Of a DNA stretch of 64,000 nt, positions 25,645-36,179 are shown piece after piece. The stretch comes from the human T2T-CHM13v2.0 reference genome, Homo sapiens. Location of the stretch: NCBI RefSeq assembly GCF_009914755.1, contig NC_060930.1. One strand, given 5' to 3'. Positions within the stretch are counted from its first letter, which is position 1. Each line of letters begins with the position of its first letter. Made by a program: the position numbers and the translations under genes. The notes below the pieces were generated by a model that saw nothing but the letters and a program-made list of their open reading frames with translations, did not search any database and was not told the DNA's origin.

Positions 25645-28015
25645 GGATGCAGTTTATTTCTTCCTCTTGTCTGATTGCTCTAGCTAGGACTTCCAGTACT
25701 ATATTGAAAAGAAGTGGCAAGAATGGGTGTCCTTGTCTTGTTCCACTTCTCAGGGGACATGCTTCAACTTTTTCCTGTTCAGTATTATGCTGGCTGTGGG
25801 TTTGTCATAGATAGCTTTTATGATCTTAAGGTAGGTCCCTTCTATGGTGATTTTACTGAGGGTTTTAATCATAAAGGGATGCTGGATTTTGTCAAATTTT
25901 TTTTCTGCGTCTATTGATATAATAATATGGTTTTTGTTTTTAATTCTGTTTATGTGTTGCATCACATTTATTGAATTGCATATGCTAAACTGTCCCTGCA
26001 TCCCTGATATGAAACCCAGTTGATCATGGTGGATTACCTTTTTAATATGCTGTTGGATTCGATTAGCTAATATTTTGTTAAGGATTTTTATATCTGTATT
26101 CATCAAGGATATTAGTCTATAGTTTTCTTTGTTATGTCCTTTCCTGGTTTTGATATTAGGGTGATACTGGCTTCATAGAATGATTTAGGGAGGATTCCCT
26201 CTTTATCTTGTAGCATAATGTCAATAGAATTGGTACCAATTCTTCTTTGAATGTCTGATAGAATTCAGCTGTGAATCCATCTGGTCCTGGGCTTTTTTTG
26301 TTGGTATTTTTAAAATTTGTATTTTAATCTCACTACCTGTTATTGGTCCGTTCAGCGTTTCTATTTCTTCCTGGTTTAATCTACAAGCGTTGTATATTTC
26401 CAAGAATTTCTTATCTCCTCTAGGTTTTCTAGTTATGTGCGTAAAGATGTTCATAGTAGCCTTGAACAATCTTTTTCTTTTTTCTTTTTCCTGTGGTATC
26501 GGTTGTAATAAATCTTATTTCATTTCTAATTGAGCTTATTTGGATTGTCTCTCTTCTTTTCTTGGTTAATCTCACAGTGGTCTATCATTTTATTTATCTT
26601 TGCGAGGAACCAGCTTTTTGTTTCATTTATCTTTTATATTGTTATTTTGTTTCAATTTCATTTAGTTCTGTTGTGATCTTTGTTATTTCTTTTCTTCTGC
26701 TGGGTTTGGGTTTAATTTGTTCTTGTTTCTCTAGTTCCTTGAGATGTGACCTTAAATGGACATTTTTCACTATTATTCTGATACTGTTTCTTTCTCAGAC
26801 TGGGTAACCAGAGGAAACCCAGATGACACCAGCAAGAAAATGTAGAAAATTCATGTGCTTTGAGGACCAATTTATGCATGTGAAAAATATTATATCAGTA
26901 TATAGTTTTAACATCTTTAAATTTAAAATTTTGATTTATATTCTATGTTTATAGTTTCAGGTTCTAACATTTTAAATTATCTTTTCAAAATTGCATATCA
27001 TTTTATTATCTTGCTTTCTAATAATACTTGCGATCTCAGTTGATGGTAAGCCTTTAAATTAAATGAATGACCCAGAATACTTATAACACTTCTGTAATAG
27101 GAAATAAATGTAGCCAGATACATTATCAGGTATAGTTAGTACACTTTATTCCTCAGACAATATGTAATATAGGTGCAAAATTGTACAGCTAAAGGTAATT
27201 AGCCCATGAGATCATGAAATTGCTGAAATATTCCTGAAGGTTTTAAGAATGAGGCCCTAAAGGTACATGGCTATTTGAAATATTTTTTGAACAAGCCTCC
27301 AGTGATTCAGAAGGAGTTATAATGTCTAGCCAAAAGATTGAATCACTGAAGAAGTACAGAAAAAAACAGCAATAAACTTGCTAAGTGTCCTTTCTGGAAA
27401 TGCAATCATTTCATTGCTACTCACATAAGTCCTCTAAAGTGCTTTGGGATATTACGAGTAATATAGATTCTATGCCCTGGAGTACTAAAATAAAATGTTA
27501 GTCTTAGTCATTTGGAATTTTAAATGTTGCTTTGTTTATGGATGCAACTGAGTCATTTTTCTCCTTAGCTTTCTAAGCGAAATCTCAAAGTAATTATATT
27601 GTCTTTTTATATTATAGTTGAATAACTGTATTAATGCTTTTTCACATATGGAAAATAATAAATGTACAAGATATAAATGGTAGCATAATAATGTTTCAGA
27701 TTCTGAAATCTTGTAAATGATTTTGTAACAAAATTTACATTATTCTAAAGCTTCCAGTAACCTAAAGAAATTAGATGAAACTCTAAAGTATTTATTCTGT
27801 GGATAAGATATTAAATATTATTTCATAATGTACTATTTTTAACACACTATGCTTGAGAATGAGAGGCATATAAAACATTAAAACACATTCTGTGTCCTTA
27901 AGAAGTTTACAATTTGAACAAATAACACAGAAAATAACTTGAAGACATATGGCAGTTTGCTAAGATGTTAAGCCCTTCTTCGAGCCATAAAAATTTGTGC
28001 TTCTAACATGACTGC

Positions 28016-28518
28016 CTATTTTGTTTATTCATTGCTGCATAACAAACTACTCTAAAACTTAATGGCTTACGACAGCAGCAAGTATTTCTCATGATTCTGT
28101 GGACTGGCTGGGGCTCTGCTGGGCAGTTCTTCTGCTGGTTCACTTGAAGTTTCTCATACTCTTGCAATCAAATCATAGCTAGGCTAGAATGTTCAAGATG
28201 ACTTCTTCACTCGCTTGAGTTCTCAGGATTCCTCCAAGTGGACTCAGTCTCCCAGAGATGTCTTATCCTCCGGAACCTCTCCATGTGGCCTCTTTGGCCT
28301 GCACCTCTTACATTATGGTTGAGGCCTCCAAGAGTTAGAAAGTCAAAGTTGGGATTCCCAAAATACCCACTTTTACCACATTCTATTGGGCCAGGCAGTC
28401 ACAAAACCAGTTCTGAGTTTGGGGAGTGGGATAGAATAAGCTCCACCTCTTGATGTGAGAAACAGCAGACAGGGAAGGGAGACATTTTTGGAGGCTCTCT
28501 TTGGAGAATGGCTACCAC
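28016..28518 (-). mobile_element. MLT1 (H/G-like) MaLR LTR
   Basis: attgctgcataacaaactactctaaaacttaatggctta...ctctgctgggcagttcttctgctgg...ttctattgggccaggcagtcaca...ctaccaca. Confidence 0.75.
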
Positions 28519-29349
28519 ATTGCCTGATTAGTGGTTTAGGCCTTAATTGCTGTGGGAGTTCTAAGAAATAGAGAATTATCTCAATTTGGGTGACTGAAGT
28601 ACTCTCCAAAGATTAGCTAAGACTTTTTTCCTGAGTCATAAAGGCCAGGTATAGAGATCACAGGGATAGAGGGAGAATTATGGGATCCTCTGTTGGGAAG
28701 AACAGCATATGCAAAAATGTACTGGTAGCAAAACAATGTCACTGCATCAATAAGAACTCTAATAAAAATTTAAAAATTAATAGTTTATCAGAGCTAGTAT
28801 TGCTAGTGTCACTTACTGCAGAAAGAACTAATGAAATTGCATAGGAAATAGATTTTTTTAAAGGCCGATGCAATTCTAAGTAGGGACTGTGTTCTTTAAC
28901 AATAGCAAAGCCAGTGGCTCTTTAAAATTGAGCCATCTTTGGGTTTAGAAATAAAATGGCAAAATTTAATTTGGAAGAATTTTCTGTTCTCATCAGATTT
29001 GAGGTTTTTTCCTGACAGCTTGTTAATGCCAGACTAAACCAGCATGTTATTTGAATATAGGACAAGTAAGAAAAGACAGGCATAGACATGGTTTGGGAGT
29101 TTTGCTTCCTTGATGATTAAGCTTGGTAGAGTACAGATTTGTGGCAACTGAGATCACATTTGTCAGCACTGAGGTGAGACCTGACAGCTCAGAGAGTTAC
29201 AATACATATCTCCTGTGAACACGTAAGTCTTGACCTTACAGTAGTTATGGTGTGAAGTAAAAGTCTAGAGTGAACTCTTAATAAAGCAAGTAGTTACAAT
29301 GGCCTCCACTTTGGAATTTAAAGTCAACTCCAAGTATATAATAAATAAT

Positions 29350-30105
29350 TCCATTCATTCATTTAACACCTTTGTTGATTACTAGCTATATGAGTAGCTC
29401 AATACAGAGGAAATCCAAAGAAGCATAAACTGTTCTAATTTTGAAAGTATTGTGTTAGGCTGAAACCTATGCTCATCTTACATACATTGGCATTATTTCT
29501 GTGCTCTGGAAAAAGATAAGTCTTTTTTCTACAAGATACCCCTAAATCATCTATAGAAACAAGCATTCTCATTGCCCAAGTCATCTTTGCTCCTCAGGTT
29601 AATTTTATGACAAAGCTTTTATAATCCTCATTCATTCAGCAGACATTTATTGAGTTTTACTATGAGATAGATACAGTGAAAGTGTCTTTTGAACTATGAT
29701 CTCCAATATGAGAAGCCAGCTTTGAGATGATCTGATGGGAGAGAGTTTCAACTGATCACAAAGGCCATGAAGAGAAAATAAACCCAGTGTGTTCAAGAAA
29801 CAGAAAGTAAGTCAGCCTTGCTGTAGCATGCTGAAGAAGAGGTAAATTAGGCCAGATAATATGTGCACTCTGAAACTGTAATGAGGACTTTGAATTTTAT
29901 TCTCAGTGGGAAGGGAAGGCATTTGAATGTTCTGAGCAGGCATGTGACAGGATTATAATTTACTTTTTATGCAGGTCATTTTAGATTCTGTGTTGAAAAA
30001 ACTATAGAGGAGCAGGGGTCAGAAAGATGACAAGACACTATTGCAGTACTCCATGGTGATGATGGCAACCTGGATTAGGTAAAGTGGTGGAGTTGGTGAG
30101 AAGTT
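29350..30105 (-). mobile_element. L2 fragments
   Basis: cattcattcattt / cattcattcagcagacatttattgag tails; ggactttgaattttattctcagtgggaagggaaggcatttg. Confidence 0.6.
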
Positions 30106-30689
30106 TGATGTTCTCTGCCTCTCACCCTTTTGTCTTTCCCGTCTTTGCTCTCCACATATTGCCTTTTTTTTCCCTAATTCAGTGTAATGGCTGGTGAGGG
30201 CCTGTCTTGGGCATCACAGCTCTTCACCAGTTTTGCCTCTAGCCCCCTTTTCTCTCCTATTTTACTTCTTGCTCTAATGCTGCTTGTCCATATTCCTCTC
30301 CTGTTTCTTTTATATGTTATTCCTTTCTGCTTTTCTTTTTTCTCTCACTCTTCGTTACTTTAGTTATATTCAGGCCTTATAAAGGCCATCCAATCCTTTA
30401 CTCCTTTCTAATTTCTAATGAATTTCTAATCCTTTACTCCTTTGAGGAGGCATATGAAGAGGCTAGTTTTTTATAATTTATCCAGCCTAGGAAATTTAAA
30501 AGATTTTGACCTTGTTGCTCTCTTTCCTATGCAGAGGCCCATCAACCTAGTTCTCATTATAGCCTTAGTTGGCCATGGAAAGTCTCATAATGTAGTTGCT
30601 CATCAAGGGAATATATCAATAAACATGACTTGCACGTCCTGAAGATGGAACTGGCTGAGACACTAACCCAGTTTTTATTTGGCTGTGCC

Positions 30690-30756
30690 TTATTCATTCA
30701 TTCACCTCAGCATCAAGCAAGAGTCTTACTTGATACTGAGGCGAGTGAATGAATAA
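30690..30756. repeat. 67-bp near-perfect palindrome (33-bp arms, 1-nt spacer, 4 mismatches) in L2-like 3' sequence
   Basis: TTATTCATTCATTCACCTCAGCATCAAGCAAGA-G-TCTTACTTGATACTGAGGCGAGTGAATGAATAA; arms compared base by base. Confidence 0.95.
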
Positions 30757-33700
30757 ATTAGTGAATGAATGGAAATAAAAATTTGGTGCAGTAAAGATAT
30801 TTTGTGGTTCACATAAGCTGATAGCCATTCAGCTCTGCATGCATAGCTGAAAAATGTTTATCTTCCTAATAGTCTTCACATCCCAGGTTATTGCTTGGGA
30901 CCAAATAATTGTGTCAGGCAGCCCATCATCCTGCTGAGATAGAATGGGCATCAAGGTCAACATGTTCCTGACTTGGGATTCCAACTCTCTCTAGTCTTGT
31001 ACTGTTCTAAGGACATACCCCTAATACGGAATTGTATTACAACATTAGTAACAGTAGGCCTCTCTTGTCATTTCAGTCATTACTATTTAAAGGTAGCAAC
31101 TCAGGAGGCAGCTAGATCCCCTAATAACAGTAGTAGGGTTGACAGGGCCGTGGTTGATAACAGCCAGGAGAGGAGAACCAGACTAGGTGCTTCAGCTGAA
31201 GTCTTGGAACTGGGCATTACTTAGGAATGCACATTTGTTAGAATTTCTGTGGCTAGTCACAAATCATGTTTTTAGATGTATTAAAATGTTAAATATTCCC
31301 TAAGGCAAACTGAAGGGCACATAATACTTTCCCTTAATCATAGGATTTGGCACCAAAAAAAGTGTTCCATATGGTGAATAATGTGCCATTGATTGATAAA
31401 AGGAGAGAAGAGCACAGAGGTGTCTTGTGCTGATGGGGGCACCCTGGTGTTCCGGCATGTCAGGAATGGGGCTGTGGTAGGTATGTCGGTTTTCATTTTG
31501 ACAAAGTCACTCTGAGATGAATTCATCCTGTGTGCATACATCTTTAGGTAAAGGTGATATTCAACTTTTCCAGCACATCAATTAAATCATTTCTTTAATT
31601 AATTATTTCATTTGTAGATTCTGGGGGTAAGGAAGAGAGCTATGATAAAAGAATGCAGCATCATCTTCTAATGTTGTGTGGAGAGTAGAGAGTAGGGAAG
31701 TTGGGGAGAGCTAGAGAGTCCTTTGACCCAGATCTCTAGTCACACTGGGTATCAAATTTATACTTCTATTTTTTAACTGGAGTTATATAATTACAGAGAT
31801 CCTCACAATTTAAATAAAAGGATGTATTCTTTTATGGAAGTGTGTATACCCTAATTAACTTTTCACTACTTTACATATTTAGCAGTTTACTACCCAGCAT
31901 CCTATTATGAAGAAAAAAGACCAGAATTAGTCACTATAGAATTGACTTAGATTTGTGGTGCTGCTATTCAAAAACTTTATTTTAGACCTTGGCAAAATAT
32001 AGTGGCAGACAAGTGGTATCACTGTCTACTTAATTTTTAAGATGTGATTCTTAAATAAACTATCTGTTATAAGTTTATGGGGAAGGGAGAAACAGTTTCT
32101 GCAGTGTTACTAAACTCAGATTGCAGAAGGTGATAGTTAAATGCCTTGTTAGATTTTTTAGCCAGTGTGAGTCTGTTGTACCACAAAATTGGGACTGTTA
32201 GGGACTTCAAAAAACTCAGACTTTTAAGAAATATATTTTAAATTCATCTTTTGACTTGTTTTGCATAAGTAAACCACATGCTAATATACTACTCACTTTG
32301 AGAACATTATCCAAATATCACAAAGTCTCTTCCAAAGTCCAGATAATTTCCAGTCCCTCTGTCAGAGAGCAAGTAACAACAAAAGACTTATTCCAAACAC
32401 AAATCAACCAGAACCTTGGAGAACCTTCACAGTAACTTGCTTTGCACAGCAACTAGAGGAAGTTTTGTGAAAAACCCACAGTGGGGAGCACATAACCCCA
32501 TAATACTCAGAACATATTGCCCAAGTTACACATGATGACAAGGTAAACATTTGCTTAAGAACTCTTTCAAAGTGGGGAAATGGTATGAAATAAGCAGGGG
32601 ACGCTCTCGCATCTTTAAAACTCCAAATTAGCTACAGCTTGACTTTAGCACCCTCAGGGTCTGAGTACTACAAATTATCTTCTTTAGTTGGAAGAAAACA
32701 GAAACTTAACTTTTCTACCAAAATACTTCCAATTGTTGACCTTGCTAGAATGGGTAATAAGTGGTGTTATTTCTAGTTGGTTTGTGCTTTTTGCAGCTCG
32801 AGCATTTGTCAACTGGCTACCAATGATTTCATACATTGATACAATTATTTATATATTCATTTAGTGCTTTTCTGCTGAAGAGCACAAGATAATCGATCAC
32901 TTGTAGAGTTTTCTATCATGGATGCAATTCCCAGGTAATTGTTATAGTACCATAAAACCATGGTACGACAACTCATTTTAGTAGTTTTGCACTCTGCTAT
33001 AACCACACATATAAGGGCCATTAAAGTTAAAATGTCCCTTGAGTTTTTTTTTTTTTTAACTAATATTAACTTCAATCAATGTAGGCAGAAATAAAAAATA
33101 TACTGGTCGTGAGCACTCTATCCCCAAATAATGTAAAGCTGTGATGGTAAGATACTTTATCATACTGCTTTAGAACTCATTTTTGCTGTGATATATTGCC
33201 CAGAGCACTTTGGGTTCATAAAACAGGGAATGGTAATTAATCTTATGTGGAAGGTATAACCTAAAGTCCAGAACAGGAGGATGAAAGCTGTGTGCATACA
33301 ATGAGATTCATAGAATGCAGAATGTCAGACATGTTTATGTGACAATTTGAAAATATTTCTAATTCCAATAGCTGCACTCTTTAGAGAAAAAGGAAATACA
33401 CCTCATATTCTTTAAGAAAAAAATCACATAGAAATAGGTCTAAATAAAAAAGCAAGAAAGATTAGCCACTGGCATTGTAAATGGAAATATTGTATATAGA
33501 AATTTAAAGAATTTAACCTTCTATTGCATATAGGAAAAATATTACATTGTAAAATATACATTGTATTGTTTCAGTCAACATATTTTTGGGTAGATAATTG
33601 GCACTTCAGTGTCTGGCCTTTGTGTACTAGTTACAAAATGTGTGAACTCTTATTCTGATTGAAATTTTTTAACTTAATGCTGAAAAATTAGTAAATTATA

Positions 33701-34746
33701 TTAACTAATAAATTTACTCAATAAGCATAGGTAGAACACCCACCTTGGACCAAGCCCTTTCTGTGAGGAATGTGTCTTATAGACATAGTTTCTGCCTTTA
33801 AGGAGCTCCAAGTGCTTTAAACTCACAGTGGAGGTTTTCGTAATCCCAGGAAATAATTGTTTCTTTTATTAAGAAATTTTAAGATTAAATTTTAAATTAT
33901 GAGGTGAAAGCTTTTTTCTTTAATATATATAAGGCATTCCTTCATGGAAAATGGCTAAATTTATTGGAAGAACACTAGAGGAAATCTTACTAATACTTGA
34001 GTGTGAAGCCTATGTTATACATGCTTTGGGAATAAAGGAAAGATATTGGCCTCCAGGGCTGTCAGCCTGGCCCTTTAGGTGAATTTAATGCTCTTAATTT
34101 TTATTATGCTGCTAACCCTCTGCTTCCCCTGAAACCTACACTGGTTTATTCCAACCAATGTGGTCTGAATCCCATCCAACATTTTACTAATATTTATCAG
34201 TGCTAAAGTTAGTATTCTTGATAAGTCAAAGTTGTTGCAAATCACTTCCAGTTGTACAAATACACTATTTACGTATAACTGGTAAAAACTCCATGCTGTC
34301 ATTAAATGAGTTGACATGTTCATATAATTACCTGGGCCTGGAGTCCGAGTATGTGTGATTATTCTGGAGAAAGAAAAATCAAACGAATTAAAGTATAATT
34401 CCATGAAAAGTATAATCTTTGACAGCTATAAAAGTAGGCATTTTCCAAAAATGTGTTTCATTTTATTGCAACAACTTTTATTTTTCTCTGTTTCTTTTTA
34501 TAAAGTTCCCATAAATTGTCTGAAGCTTGGATGAATTTAAATATTTCAATCAAGGTTTGGCAGCTGATAAATTGAATCAAGCTTCATTACCAGTTCCAAA
34601 TTACCCATCCAGATTAAGTTCATGGGTTGTGCCACCAACCCCTAAAGTTCATCACTAAAGTGACTTGCCAGGGGAATTGCTTGTGGCACAACTCCAATTT
34701 GGAACAGAGACTGGAAGTTGATTTAAGCTCGGGAGCAGAAGCAGAG

Positions 34747-34962
34747 TGGGAACCAAAGTCCAAGCTGAAGCTGGAATAAGGCTGCCATAGTACTGAAACA
34801 TATCCTTTTAGATTAACTGACTTGCTTTCAAATTGTGTATTGAATTGAAAGTAATGGGAACCAAAGTCCAAGCTGAAGCTGGAATAAGGCTGTCATAGTA
34901 CTGAAACATATCCTCTCAGATTAACTGGCTTGCTTTCAAATTGTGTATTGAATTGAAAGTAA
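34747..34962. repeat. Tandem duplication, 2 x 108 bp, 4 mismatches
   Basis: tgggaaccaaagtccaagctgaag...ttgaattgaaagtaa at 34747-34854 and 34855-34962. Confidence 0.95.
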
Positions 34963-35450
34963 TGAGAACTCAGATCTGGTGTTGACTTAACCCTGAAATT
35001 CACCTATGACCTTAGTAATGAGCAATGGCTCTGCTGTTGTGTGTAATGTTGTTCATGGCAGAGGGTTTCCCTGTGCTTTAGGTTGAGCTGTCCCAGTTGT
35101 GGAAAGGCTGATGAGAGGTTGCTAAATTCTACTCTAGCATGTGAATCTTGTCTCTGGTATCCCCTTGAAGCCATGGATAGGGGGCACCCACTGTCTTAAC
35201 TCTAGCTTATCACATAATGCATAGTAGACAAAATAAAAATATTTTATTTGCTTATTTATTTAATACATATTTTTAAAGATCCTATTGGGCATCAAGTATT
35301 CACAGTAAATGGCAGTGACCTCCACAGACATGATACCTGCATCATGAAAGTTGCAGTTTAAAGTTTGTCAAATTTATTTTTAAAACTTTGTTTATTTTTT
35401 CCTGAAATAATAACAATGACATAGGAACCTTTAAGAGTCACTGTTAGTAA

Positions 35451-35790
35451 TGACAAAGATTCTCTGTTGATCGAACTTTAGCCAGGATCTGAACCTTCTC
35501 CTAGGCGTGTGTTTGTACTTTCTTGTTAAATCCAGTTTTAGCAAAGAACCCTGCTAAGACAGTTTGGCAAGAACCTCCCACCCTTGATATCTGATCACTC
35601 TCAACGTTTGATCAAGTTCTTTATCCTCCACCATTCCCCAGGTGATGTCTAACTACTCTGGCCTGTCTTCAGCAAGAATCCCCCTTACCCCAATTCTCCT
35701 CCACGGCCAAATCCTGTTGCTGTAGTCCCTCAGTGGTCCTTAATGAATCTTCCTTAACATGTTTTAACAAGTATTGTTGAATGTTTTTGT
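35451..35790 (+). mobile_element. ERV1-class solo LTR (MER31/MER67-like)
   Basis: Start tgacaaagattctctgttgatcgaactttagccagg; internal ccagttttagcaaagaaccctgctaag and cccacccttgatatctgatca. Confidence 0.65.
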
Positions 35791-36179
35791 TTTTGTCTAA
35801 TGATGATATTTATTCTTTTTGTATATGTTGTCTTAGGACCTTTACTGGCATCTGAGTCACTTCTGTTGTTGGCAGCAGTATCACCCTTATTACTAGGCAA
35901 GAGAACCTTAGCCTTGGGCCTCACATTTCTTTAGAGATCTAGTTGATGACTAGATATCCCAAATGCATGCATATACACTTTTATTAAACTATATGTGAGC
36001 ACCTACCTCTGTTACTCATGATCCAGTGTCCAGCTCTGTTAATGCAACCAGTAACCTTAAATATCCTGAACATCCACTGTCAAGACTAACATTGTTCAAG
36101 CCCCAGGGAAATGCTTTTCTACTTTTTTTGCCCTGTGTTCTTGAAACAAAAGCCAACATTATCTGAACTCTCACCTGGA

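Noticed and set aside
25750-26106. Reverse transcriptase-like ORF
   Set aside because: Fragment of a dead L1PB ORF2 flanked by frameshifts and stops; not a novel RT system.
34075-34404. 109-aa ORF in unique sequence
   Set aside because: No recognisable domain or exon structure; consistent with a chance ORF.
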